Source of the DNA: Octopus vulgaris
Lineage: Eukaryota
NCBI GenBank assembly: GCA_951406725.2
Contig: OX597817.1
Span: 27,032,001-27,096,000 of the forward strand
DNA length: 64,000 bases
Reading direction: 5' to 3'
This document shows positions 14,875-27,291 of the stretch, piece by piece; positions within the stretch are counted from its first letter, which is position 1, and each line of letters begins with the position of its first letter. Position numbers and translations under genes: made by a program. Under the pieces are notes generated by a model. That model saw only the letters and a list, made by a program, of their open reading frames with translations, did not search any database and was not told where the DNA came from.

Positions 14875-15103
14875 CTCTTTTACTCTTTTACTTGTTTCAG
14901 TCATCTGACTGTAGCCATGCTGGAGCACTGCTATTTAGTCGAGCAAATCGACCCCAGGACTTATTCTTTGTAAGCCTAGTACTTATTCTATTGGTTTCTT
15001 TTGTCAAACTGCTAAGTTACAGGGATGTAAACATACCAGCTTCGGTTGTCAAGCGATGTTGGGGGCGACAAACACAGACACACAAGCATATACACACATA
15101 CAT

Positions 15104-15138
<35 letters not shown>

Positions 15139-15249
15139 TACATATATATATATATATATATGACTGGCTTCTTTCAGTTTCCGTCTACCAAATCCACTCA
15201 CAAGGCTTTGGTCAGTCTGAGGCTATAGTAGAAGACACTTGCCCAAGGT
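14875..15249 (-). mobile_element. SINE family A, head missing
   Basis: Reverse complement match ending at cacttgcccaaggt. Confidence 0.8.
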
Positions 15250-16084
15250 ACCAGATCTATTTAAATAACATTCTAATGTCTTCAAGAAAGAAGAGGGTGC
15301 ATTGCTTCATTTAGCTCTAGATACACTATGCCTAAAAATGCAGGGTGTTTTGTGTTTGAAGGCTTTTGGTCATATATTTCTTCCATCAGAGCTGGCCTGT
15401 GACTAAATTAATATTACTATTTGTTTCTTCAAACTTTTGATTTTACTCTCATTGCTTGTATCTTTGAACATGTCATTGAACAAGAATTAGATTCTTAATG
15501 TATAACTGAAATTTCAACATTAATTCCTTAGTTGGTATGTGAAAGGTGTAAAAGTCATTTGGTAAATTTTACAGCCTGCTCCAACACTATACTAAAGTAC
15601 AAATTTTCAATTACCATCCAACCCATGATATCATGAGAAAAAAAAAACTTATGTAAAATAATAATTTGATGTATAATAAAAACAACATAAAATGCCAGTG
15701 TTAAATTTTAGTCTGTAGTTTAGCCACTTCCATTCTGAGTAGTTTCTCTTATTTTGAAGATTAATCTTCAAAATACAGACTATTGTCATAATATAAATCT
15801 GGTGTGTGTGTGTGTGTGTGTGTGTGTGTTTAAATAAAACTTGCAGCTGCTTGATATAGATTCTCACCATAAAGTCTACACAGTTTTCTTTTAAAGTTTT
15901 AGATTTTATACACTAACTTGAAACTCAATTACTGTGGTGGTAAAAAGAAAAATGCTAAAAAACAATTCAGAAAAACATATTTGAGTGTCATGACAAAATT
16001 AGAAACAACATTTATACCAAATTCTATAGTACAGCATCCAAACTGTATAGGTATAAAAAGTAATTTTTGTGCTACTTTAATAGT

Positions 16085-16123
16085 AATTATTATTATTATT
16101 ATAATCACTAATGTTGTTGTTGC

Positions 16124-16195
<72 letters not shown>

Positions 16196-16375
16196 CATTA
16201 TAATTACTAATGTTGTTGTTGCTTTAATTTATTATTATTATTGTTATTATTATTATCATTATCATTATTATCATTATTATCATTATTATTATTATTATCA
16301 TCATTATTATTATCCTTATTATTATTATTATTATCATTATTATTATTATTATTATTATCATTACTATTATTATTA

Positions 16376-16436
<61 letters not shown>

Positions 16437-16447
16437 CATTATCATCA

Positions 16448-16478
<31 letters not shown>

Positions 16479-16600
16479 TATCATTATTATTATTATTATT
16501 ATCATTATTATCATTATTATCCTTATTATTATTATCATTACTATTATCATCATCATCATCATCATCATCATCATAATCATAATCATTATCATTATTATTA

Positions 16601-16640
<40 letters not shown>

Positions 16641-16643
16641 CAT

Positions 16644-16692
<49 letters not shown>
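16085..16692. repeat. (TAT/CAT)n and (TA)n microsatellite
   Basis: Direct reading. Confidence 0.9.
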
Positions 16693-16695
<3 letters not shown>

Positions 16696-18908
16696 TTTAC
16701 TTCATCATATGAATTCCAAAAGTAATTACAAGCTTTTCCAAGCAATAAAGTCATTTTAAGTTAAAGGGAGATCTTGCAACTCAGCATACATCATTAAACA
16801 GTTGATATAACTCATGTTAATATTCTCCTTTAATACTTATATTAAATCACTATTTACATAAATGTAGCTTATAGCAAAACAGGCTATCAATTTGTTTGCA
16901 TACTGATTGATAGCCAGGAAAGTAGATTTCGACAAACACTAATATGACTCCTAATAAATTAGTTTATCTGCAATTTCATTTCTAGGAAAGCAGGGCATGC
17001 TGGGATACCTTGCCAACCTTAATATATCTTGATATTGTACGATATTGTACTCTATTGCCTACAGCATGTAACTATGGCCCTTATATAAATCCTATGCATA
17101 GCAACTGAAAATTTAAGCTAAGCAGGTAATAGGCAGCATTTTTCATGTGATTTCATATATTGAAGAAAACGATAGACGTTCTTTATTCGACTTTATGGTA
17201 ATCTGCAACTTTGATATGCTTTTCATGATGCCATTCCACTTACAATAAAATATATAGCTATCAGTATGATCATCATCCTCAAACAGATGATAATAAGGAA
17301 AATAAATATGATAATATCCATTATGTTTATCATGTTCACAATTTGTACATTCTTTGTTTAATGGAATAATTCATCTTGCTTGAGGCAAAAACGAACACTG
17401 GCATGTTATGATGTTAAAAAGTTTGCTTCACAACTTAAATGGTTTGGGGTTCCGTTCCACTAAATGGAATCCTGGGGAAGTATCTTGATTTGACCCAAAA
17501 CTTGTGAGTGTAATTTTCTAGACGAGGTTTTTATGGAAACCTGTCGAAACAACCATTTATTTTTTATGGATCATAATATTAATCCATCACTCAGTTTAGC
17601 ACCATCACTCGGTTCTTTGCCCAATTTAGCAGAGTCCACTTTGTTGTGAACCTCTATGCCTTGTCTCCAAGGGGAAACTAACTTCCTCTCTTCTTCTTAC
17701 CAATTTTGAAGTTTCTGTAAATAACAATGTATACTGCCCTTCCAATTTTGACTAGTCTACTAGAAAAAGTAAAGATAGGTGCTATGTTTCTCTAAATATG
17801 AAGCACACAAAATAGGAAGAATTAGAGAACCGTTTAATTGATATAACTACTTTTTATTATTAGGTTAAATTCTAAAATCACAATATGTACCACTTGTGTC
17901 AAAATCTTTGAATCAGTTTCTTTTTCAGATTCTTATCAGCTATATTGATGACTTCCCTTACTAGGTCTAAATTTAGCTGCTATTAACCCCTTACACAATC
18001 ATATTTTGGATGCAAGGGGATTCAACTGTATTGCAATGAACAAATATTAGATATGAATTGTTCTCTAACCTTCAATGAATGAAAACATCTAACAAAAACA
18101 TAATAATTTAGCCAATTACCTTTCCCTTGAAAGGTGAGTATAGCACCACCAATTCCAGGTAACTAAATAAGATCTATGACAATATTTTAAGTTTAACCAT
18201 TTCCAAAGATAGTAAAGCAGAATTTAGGATAAGTATCCTGCTTTGTTATCAGTTTATATTTTAGGGTTAAATCAATAACTGTAATGTATTTGACACTTCC
18301 TACTGTTTCTGCCAGAGATTTAACCTATTCAAAACGGTGACATTAAGCAACCATAGATCTAAACTTAGAACAGAATTTCTTTCTTTTTGTTAAAGTGAAA
18401 TAATGCTTTGACAATAGTGAAAGATTAATAATTACATTGCAAACAGTCACTTATTTAAGAGTATATATATCATGCATACCTTAAAATAAATTTTCTCTCA
18501 AATAAGTGTAAAGTCTTCTACAGGTTTGCTCAATCTGCTAGAAATAGCATGAGCAAATTACACCCTATCATGTTTAAAGAAAATGAAAGAACACGTTGAT
18601 AATATAGTCAATGCTGAAAAAACACTGGAAGAACTTTGTTCGAATGTCTCTGATTATATATCTTCTTGATCAGACTTCACCAGGTGCTAAACAACAACAC
18701 CCAGAATAGAACTGACCATTAAACCAAAATTGTAGCGATATATTAGATACAGTACAAGAAGATGAATATGGTGGAAATATAGAGAGGTCGTCTCATCTAT
18801 GTTATTGAGTTTACACTCCAACTTTCTAAAATGAATAATAAAAAGAAACCTAAAAAATATTGTGAAGCAAGAGTGTTGGTTTAGAAGAATTGTTAGCCCA
18901 ACATTTTA

Positions 18909-19071
18909 GGTGCAGGAGTGGTTGTGTGGTAAGTAGCTTGCTTACCAACCACATGGTTCCGAGTTCAATCCCATTGCATGGCACCTTGGGCAAGTGTCTT
19001 CTACAATAGCCTTGGGCTGACCAAAGCCTTGTGAGTGGATTTGGTAGATGGAAACTGAAAGAAGCCTGTCG

Positions 19072-19118
<47 letters not shown>

Positions 19119-19339
19119 ATATATATTAGTGTGTTTGTCTGTCTGTGTTTATCCAATATTGCTTGACAACCGATGCTGGTGTGTTTACATCCCCGTAACT
19201 TAGCAGCTGGGCAAAAAGAGACCAATAGAATAAGTACAAGGCTTACAAAGAATAAGTTCTGGGGTCGATTTGCTCGACTAAAAGGCAGTGCTCCAGCATG
19301 GTCGCAGTCAAATGACTGAAACAAGTAAAAGAGTAAAAG
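18909..19339 (+). mobile_element. SINE family A
   Basis: Full-length match. Confidence 0.85.
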
Positions 19340-19555
19340 GTACATCAAACAAAATGCCTTGAAATATTTCTTTTGATTCATTATGTTCTGAGTTTAAACG
19401 ATACTTTTGTCAACCTTGCCTTTCATCCCATGATGAAATAAAACATCAGTAAAGTGCTCAGTTTCCTCAAATTCACTGGCCCTGTGCCTGTTTTAAAACC
19501 ATCAACGTAGTAAAATCAATCCAATGTATGGTGTTTCTCATGAAAATTACTTACT

Positions 19556-19945
19556 CTCTCTTTTTACTCTTTTACTTGTTTCAGTCATTTGACTGCGGCC
19601 ATGCTGGAGCACCGCCTTTAGTCGAGCAAATCGACCCCGGGACTTATTCTTTGTAAGCCTAATACTTATTCTATCGGTCTCTTATGCCGAACCACTAAGT
19701 TACGGGGACGTAAACACACCAGCAATGCTAGGGGGACAAACACAGACACACAAACACACACATACATATATATACATATATACGACAGGATTCTTTCAGT
19801 TTCCGTCTATCAAATCCACTCACAAGGCATTGGTCGGCCCGGGGCTATAGCAGAAGACACTTGCCCAAGATGCCACGCAGTGGGACTGAACCCGGAACCA
19901 TGTGGCTGGTTAGCAAGCTACTTACCACACAGCCACTCCTGCGCC
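19556..19945 (-). mobile_element. SINE family A
   Basis: Full-length reverse match. Confidence 0.85.
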
Positions 19946-20532
19946 TATGTTCCTTTTCAGTTATATTTACTGTGACAGTGATAGAATTTAACGTATTTTC
20001 TTAGATAGAAAACTTACATCTTTAATTTAGCAAACTAAGTACTATTTTGTGAACTAAGCGCTAATACACTACTGCAGCAAACATGACAACTAAAATTAGC
20101 CGTTACTATATCCATATTGAAAGTAGTTAAGTATTCTAGAATGTTTAAATCAAGAAAACATTGTCAATGGCAACAACTGGTCTGATGCATCTGAGACTGA
20201 ATTGATGAAACTTAAAAATTCTAAATGGAGAAAGGTGAAGAATAATCTGAAATTTGAAAGACACAGAAACAACTCTAAACGTATTTTAGTCTTCTTAATT
20301 CTCTTCAGGAAAGCATAGTCGTTCATATGCTTGCTTGGATAACTTAACAAAGCATTCAGCCTAGCTGTTGTTCCTTCATGTTCTAGTAAGCTGCTCTGAT
20401 TTGTGGCGATTATATCACATTATTATTGAACTTGGACTGAAGAGTATTATGTGATTTGGTTCTCGGCAGTGTGCAACATACATGAATATTAAATATGTTG
20501 CACATTGTGCACACAGATCATCAACACAACCA

Positions 20533-20589
<57 letters not shown>

Positions 20590-21339
20590 TACCTACATAT
20601 AGACAGACATATTTTGGGGAGATGAGTCACTGCTGTCTCTAGCGGTCAAGCATCCATCATTGACAAGACCAAGGAAGGTCGAAATCATGTGAACTGATGG
20701 CCTTGGCGTTGTAGATCGTGGGGAATTATCTCTGTCATTTATACTAGCTGCTTAAATGCTTAACGCTTACACTTCTTATGCTTTGATCTTTGAATTGTAC
20801 CTATCTATTGCTACTTTGTTCCTGTTCTTAAGGACACTAAGTCATCGGGATCAAAAATCTCTAGTTCAACCTGTCGCTTAAAGCTATCCCTTTACTGAGT
20901 AAAAATAAATGAGTCTACTAATTCACAGCACCAATGAATTCATTTGCTGTATGAGGTGGAAAGCTTACTTCTTTGTAAATGACTCTTCTTTTAATTCTGA
21001 AAACGGAAACTGTACACTTCAAATTTTCTCTAATTAATTTAGATCTTGTAAAAAATTTTCCTCCTAATTGGGGTCTGAATAATTTCGAAAAAACTTTAAT
21101 CAATTTGATGAGAAAGTTTTTTTTTATTAGCACATGTGTTTAGTATGTGCACAGAGTCCAATTTGTCTGTACTTTGGTGTTCAAAATGTATTGTCATAAG
21201 GACGACACACCACATTTGCTTCCATATACTTTCCTACATATTCTGAAAATATCATTGCATAAATTAGGCTTTCAACTAATTTTTTTAAAAATTGACCTTG
21301 TAGCAATATCGTCTCTTATTGCTATCTTCACTGTTTGAG

Positions 21340-21590
21340 AATAGTATTATTATAACCTCGGTCGAGATTACAAACATCTTCGGCTAGTTCAACATTGTTG
21401 TAAACACTAATTCGATTGGCTGTCACGTTGGTATCTACTACGTTCGCACCGCTGGTTATCACTTGGCGCGATTTGCCTCCGTTTATTTTCGCGCCATAGT
21501 TCCAAGCAGCCAATCACAGCTTTCCATTTCTGAAGTTCATTGGGAGCCACAGAAAGCTTATAAAAGAAGGTTTCTCAGACAAATAGCAGT
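21340..21590 (+). promoter_or_regulatory. Putative Pol II promoter, possibly bidirectional: CCAAT boxes, E2F-like sites, TATA box, start near CAGT
   Basis: gattggctg 21414-21422 and cagccaatc 21507-21515; ttggcgcg 21463-21470 and ttttcgcgcc 21486-21495; TATAAAAG 21559-21566, 29 nt before the A of CAGT (21588); locally CpG-rich. Confidence 0.6.
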
Positions 21591-21719
21591 CTTCGACTTT
21601 TAGTCTTTGAGTTAGTTAGTTGGTGTTTTTCTGGTGTGTTATTCTGGTGTGTTTATTTCAAGAGAAGAGGTTGTGAGTTCGAGTCCGTTGGAGGACGTGG
21701 AATAATTTTTTTCTTGAAA

Positions 21720-23065
21720 ATGCAAGAGCAGACTTACGCGCGAGCGGCAAGCAGAGGCCTAGTCGCCAGTGAAAAGGAAATGGAGGAAGTGGTGGTCGAA
21801 CAGAAGACTTTACAGAAGTATTTCGACAGTTTAAAGAGGGAGGGTGACTGCGTAAGAGTCACACCGTCCGAGGAGGAGGAAAGCAGTGCAGAGAAGCGTA
21901 CTATAACGTACAGGACGTGGTGCGTGGAGTCGAAGAAAATTGAAGTAGCGGAAATAGAAGAAGTAGAAAAGTGTCTGAAGGAAATTGAGGGTGAACCCAC
22001 ATTTTTCAAAGAGGAAAGAAATATGCCACGGTTGTGGTATATTTTGAAACAGAAGATGAGGCAAAAAAGAATGCAACAAGAATTTTGAAGTCGGATAAGT
22101 GGACTTTGTTACCAAGTTACTGCGGAAGGAGAGCAGTGAGGATGAGAATCAATAGAATCTCACCCGAATTTAATATGGAAAGGTTGCTGGCAGCAGTGCT
22201 GTTTAACTGCAAGGATGATGTGGAAGTACTGAAGGTGGAGAAGTCAGCAGAGGTGAAGTGGTGGGGATATACGGTGCAGGTTCTGGCACACATAACCGTG
22301 AGGGACCTGTACAACATCCCGGAGGAGTTGGTCTACCCTGACGAGACTCGGCTCCGAGTTGTGGTAGAGGGAAGACCCCCAATTTGCTATAATTGTAAAT
22401 CGAGGGGCCACATGAAGGATGTGTGCCCTCGGGAAAAAACAAAAGCACCAGAGGTTGTGATAGAGGAGTGTAAAGATGCGTGTGTGGAGGAAGCGAAAGC
22501 GGAGGAAACACGAATGGAGGAGCAGTTAAATGAGGAAGAACGAGCAAGTGCAGAAGAGGAAAAAACAGAAGAGGAAAAAACAGAAGATAGGAAGAGATCA
22601 AGGGTGGAATCACCACCGAAAGATCAAAAAAAGAAAAAAAAAGTCAAAAGTAAGATAGCAGAAGAGAAAACATACAAAGGACAGGAAGTAAAAGAGAAGG
22701 AGAGAGAGCGGCCAAGGACAGAATTTGAACAAAAATGGGAGAAAAGAGTGAACGAACAATTGGAATCGTGTAAATATGGAAGAAGACCTACAGGAAAAAA
22801 CTTGAAGGCAGTTGTGATGTATATCAAGAATACAGAAGTGGAAAAGAGACTGGTAGGTAAGAAAGGGTTGGTCAGGGTGAAGGTGAACCCAAAACTGTAT
22901 GGTGAAGATGTAAAAGGCGTCATTATAGACAAAGAGACATACATAAAATTAAAAAAGATATATAATGCTATGCACATAGTGCATTATGTACGGTATGATA
23001 AATTACCAGATGTAATAGATCAAATGGATCTATTGGATTATATGACGGACGAGCGTCTAACGTAA
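21720..23065 (+). pseudogene. ORF1-like CDS, unit 1, one frameshift in an A run at ~22008 (may be a sequencing error)
   Basis: ORFs 21636-22088 and 22034-23065 join into the same protein as unit 7; tttcaaagagg here versus tttcaaaagagg in units 2, 3, 5 and 6. Confidence 0.75.
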
Positions 23066-23568
23066 AAGAAAAAGAATTAGAATTGTAAATTGTATGATGT
23101 AAAGTTGTATTTTGAACAAGAATATATGTAAGGTTAACATGTAAATTGTAAAATTATTGTACTTTGAACTGAATATATGTAACTGGAAAAACTGTATTTT
23201 GAACTAGAATATATGAAATGTAAAATTGTAAAATTATTGTAACTGTAAAATTGTATTGGAATATATGAAATGTATAATTGTATTTTAAACGGAACTGCGA
23301 GTTGGGGGTTCGTAAGCCGTTCCATCTCATTACATAAAATTCATTCTTACTTCATACTTTATTTTATTTATGTACCCCATGTCCCGTCTTGTAATGTCCC
23401 CCTCTTCGTCGCCCCTTGTGGGTAATAAAGAAATCAGTCTTCGACTTTTAGTCTTTGAGTTAGTTAGTTGGTGTTTTTCTGGTGTGTTATTCTGGTGTGT
23501 TTATTTCAAGAGAAAAGGTTGTGAGTTCGAATCCGTCGGAGGACGTGGAATAATTTTTTTTCTTGAAA

Positions 23569-24919
23569 ATGCAAGAGCAGACTTACGCGCGAGCGGCAAG
23601 CAGAGGCCTAGTCGCCAGTGAAAAGGAAATGGAGGAAGTGGTGGTCGAACAGAAGACTTTACAGAAGTATTTCGACAGTTTAAAGAGGGAGGGTGACTGC
23701 GTAAGAGTCACACCGTCCGAGGAGGAGGAAAGCAGTGCAGAGAAGCGTACTATAACGTACAGGACGTGGTGCGTGGAGTCGAAGAAAATTGAAGTAGCGG
23801 AAATAGAAGAAGTAGAAAAGTGTCTGAAGGAAATTGAGGGTGAACCCACATTTTTCAAAAGAGGAAAGAAATATGCCACGGTTGTGGTATATTTTGAAAC
23901 AGAAGATGAGGCAAAAAAGAATGCAACAAGAATTTTGAAGTCGGATAAGTGGTCTTTGTTACCTAGTTACTGCGGAAGGAGAGCAGTGAGGATGAGAATC
24001 AATAGAATCTCACCCGAATTTAATATGGAAAGGTTGCTGGCAGCAGTGCTGTTTAACTGCAAGGATGATGTGGAAGTACTGAAGGTGGAGAAGTCAGCAG
24101 AGGTGAAGTGGTGGGGATATACGGTGCAGGTTCTGGCACACATAACCGTGAGGGACCTGTACAACATCCCGGAGGAGTTGGTCTACCCTGACGAGACTCG
24201 GCTCCGAGTTGTGGTAGAGGGAAGACCCCCAATTTGCTATAATTGTAAATCGAGGGGCCACATGAAGGATGTGTGCCCTCGGGAAAAAACAAAAGCACCA
24301 GAGGTTGCGATAGAGGAGTGTAAAGATGCGTGTGTGGAGGAAGCGAAAGCGGAGGAAACACGAATGGAGGAGCAGTTAAATGAGGAAGAACGAGCAAGTG
24401 TAGAAGAGGAAAAAACAGAAGAGGAAAAAACAGAAGATAGAAAGAGATCAAGGGTGGAATCACCACCGAAAGATCTAAAAAAGAAAAAAATCAAAAGTAA
24501 GATAGCAGAAGAGAGAAGAGAAAACATACAAAGGACAGGAAGTAAAAGAGAAGGAGAGAGAGCGGCCAAGGACAGAGTTTGAACAAAAATGGGAGACAAG
24601 AGTGAACGAACAATTGGAATCGTGTAAATATGGAAGAAGACCTACAGGAAAAAACTTGAAGGCAGTTGTGATGTATATCAAGAATACAGAAGTGGAAAAG
24701 AGACTTGTAGGTAAGAAAGGGTTGGTCAGGGTGAAGGTGAACCCAAAACTGTATGGTGAAGATGTAAAAGGCGTCATTATAGACAAAGAGACATACATAA
24801 AATTAAAAAAGATATATAATGCTATGCACATAGTGCATTATGTACGGTATGATAAATTACCAGATGTAATAGATCAAATGGATCTATTGGATTATATGAC
24901 GGACGAGCGTCTAACGTAA
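23569..24919 (+). pseudogene. ORF1-like CDS, unit 2, frameshift in AG-rich tract at ~24510
   Basis: ORFs 23563-24582 and 24602-24919 together reconstitute the protein. Confidence 0.75.
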
Positions 24920-25428
24920 AAGAAAAAGAATTAGAATTGTTAATTGTAAATTGTATGATGTAAAGTTGTATTTTGAACAAGAATATATGTAATGTTAACA
25001 TGTAAATTGTAAAATTATTGTACTTTGAACTGAATATATGTAACTGGAAAAACTGTATTTTGAACTAGAATATATGAAATGTAAAATTGTAAAATTATTG
25101 TAACTGTAAAATTGTATTGGAATATATGAAATGTATAATTGTATTTTAAACGGAACTGCGAGTTGGGGGTTCGTAAGCCGTTCCATCTCATTACATAAAA
25201 TTCATTCTTACCTCATACTTTATTTTATTTATGTACCCCATGTCCCGTCTTGTAATGTCCCCCTCTTCGTCGCCCCTTGTGGGTAATAAAAAAATCCGTC
25301 TTCGACTTTTAGTCTTTGAGTTAGTTAGTTGGAGTTATTCTGGTGTGTTATTCTGGTGTGTTTATTTCAAGAGAAGAGGTTGTGAGTTCGAGTTCTTTGG
25401 AGGACGTGGAATAATTTTTTTCTTGAAA

Positions 25429-26780
25429 ATGCAAGAGCAGACTTACGCGCGAGCGGCAAGCAGAGGCCTAGTCGCCAGTGAAAAGGAAATGGAGGAAGTG
25501 GTGGTCGAACAGAAGACTTTACAGAAGTATTTCGACAGTTTAAAGAGGGAGGGTGACTGCGTAAGAGTCACACCGTCCGAGGAGGAGGAAAGCAGTGCAG
25601 AGAAGCGTACTATAACGTACAGGACGTGGTGCGTGGAGTCGAAGAAAATTGAAGTAGCGGAAATAGAAGAAGTAGAAAAGTGTCTGAAGGAAATTGAGGG
25701 TGAACCCACATTTTTCAAAAGAGGAAAGAAATATGCCACGGTTGTGGTATATTTTGAAACAGAAGATGAGGCAAAAAAGAATGCAACAAGAATTTTGAAG
25801 TCGGATAAGTGGACTTTGTTACCAAGTTACTGCGGAAGGAGAGCAGTGAGGATGAGAATCAATAGAATCTCACCCGAATTTAATATGGAAAGGTTGCTGG
25901 CAGCAGTGCTGTTTAACTGCAAGGATGATGTGGAAGTACTGAAGGTGGAGAAGTCAGCAGAGGTGAAGTGGTGGGGATATACGGTGCAGGTTCTGGCACA
26001 CATAACCGTGAGGGACCTGTACAACATCCCGGAGGAGTTGGTCTACCCTGACGAGACTCGGCTCCGAGTTGTGGTAGAGGGAAGACCCCCAATTTGCTAT
26101 AATTGTAAATCGAGGGGCCACATGAAGGATGTGTGCCCTCGGGAAAAAACAAAAGCACCAGAGGTTGTGATAGAGGAGTGTAAAGATGCGTGTGTGGAGG
26201 AAGCGAAAGCGGAGGAAACACGAATGGAGGAGCAGTTAAATGAGGAAGAACGAGCAAGTGTAGAAGAGGAAAAAACAGAAGAGGAAAAAACAGAAGATAG
26301 AAAGAGATCAAGGGTGGAATCACCACCGAAAGATCTAAAAAAGAAAAAAACCAAAAGTAAGATGCAGAAGAGAGAGAAGAGAAAACATACAAAGGACAGG
26401 AAGTAAAAGAGAAGGAGAGAGAGCGGCCAAGGACAGAGTTTGAACAAAAATGGGAGACAAGAGTGAACGAACAATTGGAATCGTGTAAATATGGAAGAAG
26501 ACCTACAGGAAAAAACTTGAAGGCAGTTGTGATGTATATCAAGAATACAGAAGTGGAAAAGAGACTTGTAGGTAAGAAAGGGTTGGTCAGGGTGAAGGTG
26601 AACCCAAAACTGTATGGTGAAGATGTAAAAGGCGTCATTATAGACAAAGAGACATACATAAAATTAAAAAAGATATATAATGCTATGCACATAGTGCATT
26701 ATGTACGGTATGATAAATTACCAGATGTAATAGATCAAATGGATCTATTGGATTATATGACGGACGAGCGTCTAACGTAA
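25429..26780 (+). pseudogene. ORF1-like CDS, unit 3, frameshift at ~26363
   Basis: ORFs 25231-26406 and 26463-26780. Confidence 0.75.
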
Positions 26781-27291
26781 AAGAAAAAGAATTAGAATTG
26801 TTAATTGTAAATTGTATGATGTAAAGTTGTATTTTGAACAAGAATATATGTAATGTTAACATGTAAATTGTAAAATTATTGTACTTTGAACTGAATATAT
26901 GTAACTGGAAAAACTGTATTTTGAACTAGAATATATGAAATGTAAAATTGTAAAATTATTGTAACTGTAAAATTGTATTGGAATATATGAAATGTATAAT
27001 TGTATTTTAAACGGAACTGCGAGTTGGGGGTTCGTAAGCCGTTCCATCTCATTACATAAAATTCATTCTTACCTCATACTTTATTTTATTTATGTACCCC
27101 ATGTCCCGTCTTGTAATGTCCCCCTCTTCGTCGCCCCTTGTGGGTAATAAAAAAATCAGTCTTCGACTTTTAGTCTTTGAGTTAGTTAGTTGGTGTTATT
27201 CTGGTGTGTTATTCTGGTGTGTTTATTTCAAGAGAAAAGGTTGTGAGTTCGAATTCGTCGGAGGACGTGGAATAATTTTTTTTTCTTGAAA

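Noticed and set aside
20150-21338. Short ORFs left of the promoter as a host gene
   Set aside because: No recognisable domain and no convincing splice structure.
25231-25428. ORF reading through the unit 2/3 junction into ORF1 (MYPMSRLV...)
   Set aside because: The frame depends on A- and T-run lengths and is not kept at most junctions, so it is probably incidental.
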